A stretch of DNA of 63,444 nt, filler included, from Choristocarpus tenellus KU-1152 (Eukaryota > Protista > Phaeophyceae), in NCBI GenBank assembly GCA_964200185.2. It is 8 parts of 8 records of this genome, joined end to end, with 100 filler letters (N's around TTAATTAATTAA, not from the genome) between each part and the next. Parts side by side here need not be neighbours in the genome. Positions count along the whole stretch, not along the records: positions 41,972 to 56,827 come from CAXNAD020001104.1; 7 more parts are not named here. One strand, written 5' to 3'. The notes beneath the pieces are model-generated. The model was given only the letters and a program-made list of their open reading frames with translations, was not told the origin of the DNA and did not search any database. Below are positions 42,041 through 55,222 of this stretch, in pieces. Position 1 is the stretch's first letter. Each line of letters starts with the position of its first letter. A program made the position numbers and the translations under genes.

Positions 42041-44825
42041 TCGACATCAAGCTGAAATGCACCAGGGAGTATGTCAACCAAGGATTTTTCACAGTAAAGT
42101 ATGCACCCACGGCACTACATCTTGCAGACATCTTGACATAAAGATTATGCTAGAAGCAGTTAGAAGACATTGTAGACTCTGTGTTGACAAGATTAATGTC
42201 ATGTGTGTGTGAGAGTTGAAGCAATCTGTATTCTTTTCTCATGGGGGAGTGTGCAAAATAGGACAATAGTAAGGTGTACCTTATTTTTCGCATGTAAGAT
42301 TATTGCGTTAAATTGAGTCCAAATGATGTCACTAAGAGATAGTACATCTGAACTATCTATGGAATTCTGAATTATCTATGGAGTTCAGTAATATAGTTTA
42401 ACTGTTCTGACGCAAATAATAATAAAGAATAACAAACAATAGAAGACACCCCACAAAGGCCACTCTTCTATTTTCATCCATCCATTCTTTTCACGTTCAG
42501 CAAAGGGGGTCGTGTGAAGCTCCACACCTTCTTGTTTTCACTACCGATAAATAGCAATACCTCCCAAGGTAAACTGCACAGTTTGCGTCCGCAACAAATC
42601 GGGGGACCTTTTTCAAGTCCTGATAGATTATCCAGGTCGCACAAGGATACTACTGAGGATTATACTTACTTGATGGTCACAGAGAAGGGGAGTGGACAAA
42701 CAGCTTAGACTGGTTTTGGTTTGTGACTCATAGTTAACCTCAAGTATTGATGCCCCAACCAAGCAAGGAGTCCCAGGGTGCCGATTAAATAAATAGTCAA
42801 AAGAACTGAGAGTTAGGCAGGGCTGCACTTTGAGGATCCCGAGAAAGAGCAGAAAGATACCGTTTTGTACACAACGATGACAAAAATAGGCTTTGACGAA
42901 TTGTCATTTGCTTTTGTATATATGGAAAGGGGGAATATTGACTTTGTGTACATTATTGTACACATAAAGCAATGAAATAGTGAATTACGCAGGGTAAGCA
43001 AGATGACCTGGAATGCAAAAGGGTCCAAACCTGCTTAGCTATCAATTGGTTAGACTAAGAGTATGAGGTCGAGAGGGTCAGCCTGAGAGCCACCTGCAGA
43101 TGTAGGACGCGGCAAACCAGGAGGGGGAGGCCGAGGAAAGACCAAGCAAGGGCCCTCATGACTGTAGCGATGTAGAGATGGGTGGAGGAAGGAGCCAGAC
43201 ATCATGCTCAAGAGGTTAGGGAAGCTAATACAAAACAGGAAAAAGGAGAAACTCAAGTTGGTCAGCGGAGAGGTGATTTCGAGGGGCGGGGATGTGTACT
43301 GCTGATCCTGTACTACCACTTTGTTATCCACAAGCATATGGACTAAACTGAGGTGGTGGAGGTTGCCCAACTAGGAGTGGGAGTGGGATACGACAAGATT
43401 TTCTGCATCGTGAAAACTTGGAAGGAGAAAGGGAGATCTTTAGGGTTGGGAGTGACATTGTTCAAGAGGACTCCAACAAGAGGTGCAAACTCCTAAAACC
43501 AAAGGTTGACGAGATGGAACTCTTCATCTTTACGCAGCTTTTGTTGGGAAATGTGATCTTCCGTCAAGATTTGGTGACCTAGGTAAAGACAGAGTTAGGG
43601 GTGGAACTCTTATTGAGGAGGTACCATGTCGAAGCTCTGGGGTATGTTTTGGACACCGCCTCATCATATGCCCAAGTTTCAGGCCACAGAAGTGATTTGG
43701 CAACATGGGAAACACAATGTCAGGTTTTGGCATGCAAAGGGGAGAACGATCTGCCCAAGCACGAGATCAAGGCTGGGGTGTTACGATAACCAAGGCTGCA
43801 ATCGTATTGATGGTGGATGGAAACCAGCAGATGTTGGCAAGTTGATTGCCCATGCCTAGAGGGAGATGACAAAATACATCAAGATAGAGGACAGGATAGA
43901 GGAGGGAGACATACTCAACCTGGTGAATGCTCGAGATGAGCTGAAAGATACGGAAGGGTCAGTGAGACCAATGGATGTGTGGAAGAGGGAATGCATGACG
44001 ATATTCCGTAAGAGGATTATGAGGTGTAATTCACGGTGGAAGATGCCAACAATGACAACGATTGAAGCTGAAAAATCTGAGCCTGAGATTTAATCTTTAA
44101 CCTCAAAAGACAACCCACCAACACTCAGAGTACTCCAAGTACTCAAAGCATAATTCTCTCTAAATTGTTCTGCGCTGCCAGTCAAAACTTTTTGAGACAC
44201 CAAAATCATATCCTACCTGCCCTGTGCGTATCAGCATTCCAATGAAATAGGTTTCACATCGTGAACAGGTTAGAACAATTGTGTGAAATATGAAAACAAA
44301 AAAAAGACCCCATACATATGTATGCTCCCTTTACACAGATAATACACCCTATGTATTTTGAGTTGAAGACGGTACTATAGCTTGATCGATGCGATAAGAC
44401 TTCAGCCTCATTCCTCGCACATGTTTCATGGGATGAATCGACCTGTAGCAGATTTGACAGGGTTTTAATGTCTCCAGAGAGAGTAAACGTGAGGTATCAA
44501 GAGTTGCATTTTCAGGATGCTGACAAGTATGCTGAGTATTTGGCTTAGGAAACTAATTCATATTGAGACTTATCTGAATTCTGTCAAATATAACCTCCAA
44601 AAATAGAGAAATCAACTATCTCAAGTCAAACTTAGTACTTCATCGATAGAAATATGGGTGGATTGCAAAAGATTCGAAATCTGTCTTGAAATGCAAAATT
44701 ACCAAACTCTGGTACCTCTTGTTTACTTTGGGTCAGTCTACTTTGTGGGACTGAAGAATTTGATCCAAATTGGGCCTAATGCAGCATTTATCTTGTGTTC
44801 AATCTGGAGTCAGGACCTTAAACCA

Positions 44826-45004
44826 GACTCAAAGTATCTGGGGGGGGTGGCGGTTGTCCATTTGGGGTCATTTTTTTCCATGTCGCGATTTTTGGGTGAT
44901 TTGATTGCATACGTCGGATGGATAATGTAAGTGCACTTTCCTGGTTATGACCCAAATGGATACCCTAGTGCAGACCCCCCTCCCCCCCCGAGATACTCTT
45001 GGTC
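44826..45004 (+). mobile_element. MITE family A, complete copy (179 bp), CCA target-site duplication
   Basis: TIRs GACTCAAAGTATCTGGGGG and CCCCGAGATACTCTTGGTC; CCA at 44823-44825 and 45005-45007; inner inverted repeat TCCATTTGGGGTCAT / ATGACCCAAATGGA; no transposase. Confidence 0.88.
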
Positions 45005-46650
45005 CCAACTTGATGAGAACAGCTTATTCCCAAATTTCCAACCATACGTATTATTTCTTGTTGCCTAACCTCCAAAATTCTAGAAAATATTTTTAGATAA
45101 TAGCATATTTTATTTCCCACTATAATCGTATGTACTTTGTACCAGAAACAAAATAATGAATACCTCAGACCTCTCTAGTTGGTGGGATAGTAGTCAAACT
45201 AAAGAAATAAAATAATAATAAAATATATGGATTTGTGTGAGGCATCTTCCAAGAAGGTATACCTTGAAGGTAGGTAACCTATCTTGAATATCATATTCTT
45301 GACATTTGTTTTTGCATATTGAAGGTAACATCTGCTTGAAGGAAATAGTGGGTGGTCTGAGGGACTTTGCAACCCCCCCTCATTCACTTATCACTTGTTC
45401 ACTCTTTTCCTGAGTGATGTTCTGAGGGATTGCTCTCCCTCTTGTCTTGTCTCCCTCTTTTTACTTGCCTCCTGTGGGTGGGTCTTCCCACTCCCCTTCT
45501 TCAATACAAAGAACCTGTCGGCTTGTTTCCATCTGTTTCACATATTATGTAAAATAATAGGAGTCAAACTCAAACAACAAGAAAGAGGAAAAATATCGAT
45601 CTAGAAGAACTAATAGATCTGTGAAGGCCAAGGAATTACTTGGTTTCATAAGGTACGTAAGCGATAGTACACAGAGGTCGTGTTGGTGAGTTAAACACTG
45701 TTCTGGATTCCTAATCTGGTATGCGCGAGAGCGCGAGAAATCCTACGCGACAGGAGGAGGTCAGACTTGATAAGTAATGGCAAGGAAAAAAATGGACAGA
45801 CTGGAATTGGTTTTACCCTTTACATATATGATAGGGGTCTAAAAAAGGTGTAAAGACCCCTATCAAAACAGGAATGAAGACTGGTCCTTGTTTGTTTATG
45901 GAAACGCGGTGTATGGGGTGAGACAGGATGCAACTCGGGGATTGAGAACGAGATAATATCTGGAAATTGGTTGGAAAGACTTCTGTTGGCCTTGTATATT
46001 GAACATAATAGTAGTATCAGTAGTATGATGGTTGAAGGTTGATAAACATTGGGATGATTATACACATTTGCGCACTAGAATACTATTGTGATAAACAGAG
46101 AATGTAGTGATTTCCACATGTGACGAAACACAAATACATAGAACTCCAACCACATCGTTCAACCATAGTTTCAACTAATTTAATATCAAACATTCAACAT
46201 TAAATCCCGACAATATTTCAATACCTTCAATACCCTTCCAAAAAGTGTTGGATCCCAATATATACATGTGTGCGTAGGACACCCAGTGATTGGGTAGACC
46301 ATATTGTTGTTGTCGATGATTGGCTAGATTATTCTATTCATATTATATATTTTCATTCTTCAATATGCCCTCTTCCAAGTTCCATGTAATGTTTTGAATT
46401 TAGAACAGATATCAAGACAAAATAATTGAATGCGATCTTGAGAACACATCATCACCACATAATAGAACGACAGAATAAAGAATATTATGTCAAGTTACTC
46501 TGAAAAGTCTCAGGAATTTGAATATTATTAGTTCTGTGGATCAGGTGTTATCCAAAAGTGTGGATTCTGAACTATTTATTAAAGTTCGATGTGGAGAGAG
46601 ATGGAGAGATAACAGACACATGAAAGACTTCAGGTACAATCAACCATTAC

Positions 46651-46680
46651 TATAAACGTCTGTCCTAGTCTGGACAGACG
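46651..46680 (+). promoter_or_regulatory. TATA-like box followed by a 9-bp hairpin upstream of a candidate start codon
   Basis: TATAAA at 46651-46656, then CGTCTGTCC-tagtct-GGACAGACG; ATG at 46738. Confidence 0.35.
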
Positions 46681-46737
46681 CACGAGAGAGTGTCAAGGAC
46701 AGGATTGTCATTGTGTGACCCTTTACCTGTTGGGTGA

Positions 46738-49700
46738 ATGGCGCATACGGATTATTTTGGTCTTCGCCAAAGACCTGCCACACCAACAACGGATTTTAGT
46801 TTTACGGTCGGAGGCTCTGATATGTTACGAGGCAAGAGAGAGTATTTACCCTCCTTAGTCACATCAACCCATCGATTTCCCTACATTCAAGAGATAGTGA
46901 GATAATGGGACTGGAATCTAAAGGAAGAAGTCGTACTAGGTTGGTTGCATTACCCTCCACTCGATCAACTCAAATACCATACCTTTTTTTTTGTGGACAT
47001 ACATCCTTTAGTTTTTCTCTATTACTTCCTATCTTTCTTACCATCCCAATGTCTTTTACCCGCGACTAGTCAACAAGATAGGAGCTGATTGCGGTAAAAT
47101 TGTCAAAAAAATCTTCGCTCACGTTTCCGTTGTATCCCCTTTGTTGGTTGCAGAGTGTTCCCAGGCCTCTGGGGCTAGACCTGTTTCGCAACACCCTCCC
47201 TTCCATTCCCTTGAATATCGTGGGGCACAACAGCAACTCTATCCTCGAAAGTGTGCTCGGGGATCAGTCGACTCTTGGCGGCAACCCTTGGATGGAGCTC
47301 ATTCTATTCCTGGATATGTTGATGGGCTAACGTTGGGCGAAAAGCACGCTCACTTGCAACAGGGTATGGTGATGCAAGGTGGCCACACGGGACAACCTGC
47401 AAACATTACATGAGTGGTTCTTGTGCCTCCCATCTTCGTAGCTATCTTAGTTCGTCTCTCTCCCCTGCCTAAATTATTTTCCGCATTTGGAAGATCGTGT
47501 ACTCCCAGTGCGCGTTCCAAATAGCCCAACTTTAGAATTAGATTTCATTTTTCCTATAGAATTATTGTCAAATAGCGACTACACACACACACTAGTTCTT
47601 GCGCTCTTGTATTATATTTTAGTTCCCGCTGATACAGAATGCATTAGAAGCCTTGCGCAGGGATATCAGAGCCCGAGGACAATGGTACAGGAGCAGTATT
47701 GTTGACTTTGTGACAACTCGAAACCCTTGCATGCGACCTAAGGCTTGGTAGATAAGCACGGTTTTGGTCATTTTTTCAACAGCTCAGAACTTTGCAGATG
47801 ATTGAGGTGCAAGTATATGCAATTATAACGTTCGATTTACACACCTGTTACGTGAGTGGAGGTATTTGTGATACCATTACCCATCTATCTACGACCTGAG
47901 CTCTACGATAAGGGTGATTGGCCATTTCTTCAATGTAGTTTATTGTATATCAGAGCTTGCAACTTGCCAACTGTGGAATGATTCAATTGCAAACAAATCA
48001 AGTGTTGCAGCTATGCAGTTCATGGCCAGATGACAAGGATTTTCCTTTACAACTGATCATTTGAAGTAGAAAAGACAATCTGTTGCGTACATACTTCACC
48101 GACTTCACACCTCGTTTCCCCCTCTTAGCCATCCCGCGTCCCTCACCATGTTATTAGTAATAATTGCCAAACTCAATCATTGTTTGTTGTTCGGAAATTG
48201 ATGTACTACCTTGTATTCAATTATTGTGGCTGATTATTTTTACGATATTACCATGAAGGTAAAAAAGGTGTATTTTTTTTATGTTCCTAACTATTTGAGT
48301 AGGGTATTCATATCTTTTCAATTAGCAAGTGCTTTTTGCCAAGATGGAGAAAAGGATGTATCTATTTCTTGCAACCTTTCAAAGCCTATCTAGGGTTATG
48401 AGTGTTGGTATGTTCTGTTGGGAATTTGGTTGTTCAGAAGGGTGTGGGAACTACTGGGTGGCGCTGCTGTCTATATTGGCAGAGACTCTATTGCGTATTA
48501 TCCTTTAAAAGAAGGAATGGCGGAATGAAAACTTGCACTGTCAGCTACAGTTATTTTGTTCTCTTGATGAGTGAAGGAAATGACAAGATATTACATCTGC
48601 TTTTTTTTATTGAATTTTTTAATTTGCAACTTTGGATCTTGTACTAGAATTTTGTCTTGTAGCATGTTTGAATTTGGCTGTATCCCAAAGGGATTTCTTT
48701 ACCTTGGTAAGGCATTTCCCACTTATTGGTGTGACTACGCTCAATTCCAACTGCTTACTCAGTGAGCTTTTTTAAAATGAAGTGTGCATGTAGAGGTCAC
48801 ATAGTGGATATGTTTATATTCCTCCACATATCTCGATGTGCATGAACGCCTCCCTGCCTTTGTCGCTTGACTGGAGTATTGGTTTCTAATCCCTTCCAGA
48901 CTGAGACCAATTTGCTTTTGTGCCCAAGTCATACCTTTAACATCCACACCTTAACATCCACACCCCTCCTGTCCTACTGTGACCCATCAATTAAATTTTT
49001 ACTTTCGCATGAAGATACGTTTTTGCACAAGCGACCCATGCCTACTGTGGTTGCGTCATTGCTGGCCCGGAGGGGTTCTTTGATGGTTGGTGGGGATCGA
49101 GGTGAGACTGAGATTGCTGTGCCAGGAACTGGTTCAAGCAATGCAAACCACAGGATTGGTGGTGACAGCTGGGGTCCAATGTCGATGCAGCTCCAGTGGC
49201 GTCCAGTGCCTTCAGCAGGTACCCTTGGTCCCTAGACTGACTTTATGGTTTGAGGTTAGGGTTTGTTGGGAGTTCTGTGTTTGCACATATATAGTCATTG
49301 TACTTTTTTGTGTTCATGTACACATGCTTCATGTACACATGCATGTGTACGTGTGACAGAGCACAGCCCCGCAGATGCTGATGTGTCTTGATTGTGATGT
49401 ATCAGTACGTTTTTGACATTGCATGAAAGTAGAGGATGACGCCAAAGGGGATAGATATTTTCCCCTCACCATTTCCGACATGAAAACTGCAGCATTAAGT
49501 AGAATTTTGATTTCCTCCCCCCCCCCCCTCTTTTGTCTCCTATCACATGGGCTGTGATAGTGATGGTACACTCCTTCATCTCTGGGCCTTATGTTGCCCA
49601 TAAGTACTGACTCTACGCGCTGCAGATATGTCGAGAAATATGGAAGTACTCACATACGTTGATGAATTTGGACTTTACTTCTCACTTTAGTGAGAGGCCT

Positions 49701-52700
49701 GCTCGCATAGGATTTCTTAGTTTGCAGGATGCGAATGTGACATTTTTTTTAGTGCTATTACTCTGATCCTCCTTGATAGAATAAGAAAGTTTATCTATCT
49801 CCATAGTAAGATATAATAAATCCCCCCCCCCCAAATAGCATTTATCTCTTGCATCACAAATCTCTTCCAGAATTGAGACATGGCCTAGCACTAAATTTAT
49901 GTCAAGTAATTGCTTATCCTTTCCCTCTTTCCCGCCTTCTCCCCCCTCTCCATTCCCTTTGTACTCCAGGTGTTAATCAGCAAACACAACATGAGAAGAG
50001 AGATCAATGGGGAGTTGTAACTAGTGGAGAGATCAATGGAGAGGGGTGGGATGGGGGGAGAGGGGGCAGGGGGATGCAAGAGAAGCAGCAGCATTCACAG
50101 GACGGGGTGGAGGAGGGGAATAAGGGGGACAAGCAGATGGATAAAAAATATGAACAGGGACATCATAGCAGTGGCAGTGACAGCCAGGGGGGACCGCATG
50201 AGGAGGAAGGTAAGTGGACAGAGGAAGGTGGGGAACAGTGTTTGAATTGGGAGGATTTTTTTTATTTTTTAGTCTGTAGACCTGCCAACTATAACTGGAT
50301 TTGGTGTTTCCTGCTAAGGTTTGAAGCTGGTGGTTGGAGGACAGTAGGGCAGTACAATAATTTTTCAGTTATGGTCTCAATCGCTATCACATTTGAGTTG
50401 GAAGATTACATAATATATAATTCTGTGAATGAAGCTCTCAACATGTTTCAAGCACTTTTTGGTGTAGGAGGATGGGATGGATCAAGTGAGAAGGAATTTC
50501 TCTTACTTCGAAGTATTCGTTCCAGGACATCTTGTGATGGAGGTCTAGACTGATGTACGGGGTGTATACATCTGTTTATAATGCATTTTAAACCAGTTTT
50601 TTTGTCTTTTTGTGGTGTAGTCTTGTTTTTTCTTGAAAATATTGTTCTGAATTTGATTCAATAGTTAGTTGTTTTTAGGGTCTTGAAATTGGATTGGCCT
50701 CAGTACTGAGCCATGAATATACAAGAACATTTGAGAGCCTGGGACCAGGTCGATCAGAGACACCAGGTTATTGTCCGGACTGAACCTTTCACAAGCCCCT
50801 GCAGCCCAGAACAGGACCTTTTAGGAGAAGATAGAACCAGGTCATACCCCAGACATTTCAAGAACATAATGACTGAGGTGCTGTCCAGACCATGCCAATG
50901 TTTTAAATAGGATTTTGGTTTAGTCGGTGATACAGTGTAACTAAGAATGAAACTGTTGACAGTACATGTGGAATTTGTTGTGCCGTTGAGGGAAAGTGCA
51001 CAGCATTATTCCACTCAGTCGACCTCCGATTTCTTGGCAGAATTCCAGAATTTCAGGATTAGTCAATGGCCAGCCAGGCTATACACTTCTGTTTAGAATA
51101 TTGGACGTGACCTTAAAGAACCTCGAGCAGCCCAGGAACAGATCAGACCTTTCAGAAATACTCCATATGTGAGACTGTGCCATGGCCGAGGTCAAGCGTT
51201 TGTCAAATCTCGGCGGCTCGAGGCAGGGCTGTTTTGTAACACTGGGACAGACCAGTCAAAGAACATCAGGCCGATCCCTCTGCAGCTAAGCCCTGATTAC
51301 TGACTACCACAAGGTAGATTAGATTGTGAGGGTCAAAAATATTCATACAGGTTGTACAAGTTCAGTAACATTATCCCTCACAGCAATAGTGCATACATCA
51401 ATGGACCATTATTTGAGTATCACACAGAGTACTCTGGTCAGTAAACTGTACCAGCTGACCAGCAAGTACCTATAGACAATTTTATTGGTCCAAACATTGC
51501 AGTGGCCTACATGGTTGTCATGACTGTGATAATTGCAGTTTTATCACAGTTCCAGTTATGGGCCCACTTGCTGTTCCAGCTACAGTTGGGTAAAATGTCC
51601 ACGCATGGTCTATTCCTCAACCTTACACTCAGAAATCTACAACCTAGTGTTGGTAACTGCGGAGATATTGAAAAACCGTACACAACGATCATAGTTTCCC
51701 AATTGTACCACTGGTGGGTGTGGGTGCTGTTCACCCTACTGTTCTGTACCGTCCAGATAGTGTTCTGCTACAATGCCCACACCGTCAAGCTTTTCACAAA
51801 TCCTGCATGTAGTGTAGCCAGACTGTGTGGGAGTGCACTTATTGTGAATGTGCCTTCCGGTGGGACACTGACTGTAAAAATACACAAGAACGAAAATTGG
51901 TGCCTGTATTCTGTATTATCGATAAACACTATAACTTTTGAAACCTAGGTGAGAAACTAATCAAATGTGAAATATGTAGTATACAAGCATGATTTTTCTT
52001 GGAGAGAGGTAAATTTGTAGAGTTGTGAACTGAGAAGGTTTGTGATCTACAGTTATTCTAAATTGTTGGTATTCATTAATAGGCTACTCTGGTAGTTGGC
52101 CATTTAACAAATTATGGGGACGAAGAGAGAGTATGTGATAAATGGCCCCTCCAGCTTCTTCTGTGTATCAATAGTTGGTTTGTGTCTCTGATGACCGTCA
52201 GGTTCAACCAGGAGTTTAACCCATTGGTGGTCTATCGTGGACAAGAACAGCCTTGTTTGGGTAGAGAGAGCGTGATAAGTCATGCTCCAGGTAGACCAAC
52301 AGTAACTGTCATGTTTTGACCAACACGCACGTCTGGCTGGAGCCAGTGGTGCACCTAGCTTCTCTGGCGTTGCAGTTTGCCAAGTGGGTTTTTTGCCATT
52401 GAAGTGATCTCTATCTGCTGCTTTCTCAAGGCTGTACCTCTCCTCAACAATCGGCCTCCTTGACAGTCCCCCTTCTCTCCACCTGTAGCTGCACTTCACC
52501 TAGGAGAGCTCACAGTCTGTGTGAATGGAGGTAAGGTATATACCTTGATTGAGTACATGTTCGCCAATATTTCTACACAATCAACCAGGTCATCACCTGC
52601 AGTGGTACCAGAGGGGCAGATGCAGCAGTCCGCAGCAAGTTTGACTCTCTACCAAGATTTATTACTGAGGGCTAGAAGTACTCAGCAATCAGCACTCTCT

Positions 52701-55222
52701 GTTGGAGATTTGTGAATGTAGCACCTCCAGATAGAGACTTGCCTAGGGCCAATTATTGGAAAGCACACACATCATGCGGATCATCCGTAGTTCAACTAAA
52801 GATGTCGTTATCCCCAGCTGGTATGTCCCTCGGTATGGTACCAGTTGTAGAAATGAGTGACAATATCATACTATGTGATACGATAGTAGAGGTGTACTGA
52901 TATAACTTTTATTCAACACATTGATTACCTCTCCTGTACATAAGAATGGCTTAGCATCCTTGTCATCTCCGTGAATAACCATGGAAGGATCATCCTGCCA
53001 TCATTGTTGACCATGGGGAGAATAGGTTCAACTGTAACTGTGTTGTTGAAGTTAAAACTGCAACCGTACCTTCAAGTCAGAACTACAACTGAAATCTTTC
53101 TGTTGAAATTACAGACCTACAACTGTAGACTGGAACATACTGTGAGTTGAAATGAAATCCTAAACTGTAACTGCCCTGAATTATTTTCTTTTTTATGTTA
53201 GGGTTTTTACTGCAACAGGCCCCTGTCGAAATTGCCCTGTCCCACTACTTTTTAAGGGGAAAATAGAAGAGTGACCGTGTCAACTCACCTCACAGTCACA
53301 CATATTGGTACATATGATTGGGCAAACCTTGCAGTAGGAGACTGATGGAACCGTTAAAGAGTAACTGTGTAGTGCCTTAAATAGTTAGTCACTTGATTGG
53401 AACTACTGGGACTACCATCTGGACCGATCTGTTGGAGTTGGACCTATCCAGGAGTCAACAGGACTGTGGTCCAGTCCAGGCATTTCAGAAACCTTAATGA
53501 CCTGGGACAGGGTTACAAGAAATAGACTAAAGTAGCCCACTGTTGTATTGGACCTTTGAGAAGTGTTATGACTGTTCTTGATTTGCTTTTCAGATAAATG
53601 CAGATTTTTTCTTGTTGTGAGGCCTAGACAGTTTCGGAACAATTCCAACGACAAGAGAATTCTGTTTCTCTTTAGAACTTCTATTTGAAGTAGATTTAAG
53701 AAATGAACAATGAATAGGAAGAATACCTACTTCTCTAGGAGTTGTTTCGGGATTTATTTGTAAGATTCAACCACAGTAAGTGAATTTAACCCGTTTTATT
53801 GCAGTTTGAACTTACATTGTTTATACAAGTGTTTTGTGGGAAGTTTGGTCAGAGAAATAGGTAAACGACTTGTTTGTAACCATGTAAGTATGTACATAAA
53901 ATGAGATTTAAACAATATACTCATTTCATAATATCATGTTTGTACCACTTATAATAAATTATCCTAGAGCTACCTATGAAGCACATACATAATATATGGT
54001 GTGTGTGTGCGTGTTGCGTGCGCTCATTGTTGAACTAAATTTTAGATGAAGAAGTTTCATTAGAAAAGTGGGGTTTGTTTAAAGAATCGAGCTACCCCCA
54101 ACCCCTGACCAAGTTTGCAGTGCATTCTTGCATCCAGAGTTATAATTGAACTTGGCAGTCTGACAGGCGTATACAGCCCTTGAACCACTCCCATCATCCC
54201 ACAACCCCTCCCCTCTGTTAAATTGCATGATGACAGGATTCTCCAAAGTCGAAGGCAGTTTGCCCAAATCTGAAGCTGGTAACAGCAAAACTAGAGAAAA
54301 AAGAAAAATCTCGGGTTCTACTGCCACTAAGAGTGAGCATAACAAAGTATTGTCTTCTTGTGAAGTTTTACATCTTGATCAGGCAGCAGAGTGTAAAGTG
54401 TAGAGGAGACTGGTGGGGGGTAGGCTAATAGTTTTTTGCTTGGGAGACTTTGGCTTGGAGGGCTGACAGTGGGAGGAATCTATATTTCTTGTGATTGCTT
54501 GAATAGTGTTTTGCCATTTCTACTTCTCAATCCCTAGCATTAACCTTGACATCTAATCTGTTGTTGTTGTTGTTGTTGTTGTTGTTATGTTGCTGTCAGA
54601 AACAACCCGCCGTCAGATCTGTGAGCACTATGGTTGCTTGACACAGGCCAGCTACGGACTAGCAGGTGGGAAGTGTTGCGTGCTTTGTTGTGTTGGAGTA
54701 GTGGGCAAGGCGAAGGACGGGGTTCGCTGTGAGAGGGATCATTTCGTCAGTATGTCGCTGTAGCAACCACAGCACTTTTTTTGTTATTTTTTGTATCTGT
54801 TGCTGAAGTCTGTTTAGCAAACAGCAGTAGTACCAAGAGTGTGGTGTACTTAAGGTTTGTTCAAAAGTCTTGCAGGGTTTGGGCTAAATTGATAGATTCT
54901 GTATGTGCGTATGTGATGCAAACTTATTTCAAGTACTGCAGTTGTGGGTGACTTTGTTAGTTTAGTACTCGAGTTGAGGTACAGGATTCTGAAGTGCTCC
55001 TGCAACGTGGGCATGCAGTGAAGTTGATCGATTATTTTCCCTTTGAAAAAACAATTTGCTGCATAGTGCGCTAATAATAGCCTAACCATAGCACTCTCCA
55101 CATCGCTGTGTACACAATTGTTCTCATGCCTTTTCTGCAGGCACACAGCGACCAATTTTCTGTTCCACTCACAAAGAGGAGGACATGGTTAGTCTCAAGA
55201 ACAGGCCTTGCATGTACCCTGG
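46738..55222 (+). CDS. EsV-1-7 cysteine-repeat protein with long low-complexity N-terminus; 3' end missing
   Basis: Well-supported exons 54600-54665 and 55141-55222 give RQICEHYGCLTQASYGLAGTQRPIFCSTHKEEDMVSLKNRPCMYPG, the C-x4-C...FC-x2-H...MV EsV-1-7 repeat plus the start of a second. Phase-compatible upstream exons: 49015-49218 and 49970-50209 (strong pyrimidine tract, gtaagt donor). Tentative 5' exons 46738-46831, 47154-47363 and one from 47648; their link to 49015 is unresolved. Confidence 0.72.

Noticed and set aside
43050-44093. Purine-rich ORF fragments, possibly a decayed retroelement
   Set aside because: No recognisable domain, LTR or consistent splice pattern.
47290-47400. hAT dimerisation-like words on the minus strand (LSRVA, ASERAF, RNRMS)
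   Set aside because: It needs several frameshifts within ~100 nt and overlaps a phase-consistent plus-strand exon candidate (47154-47363).
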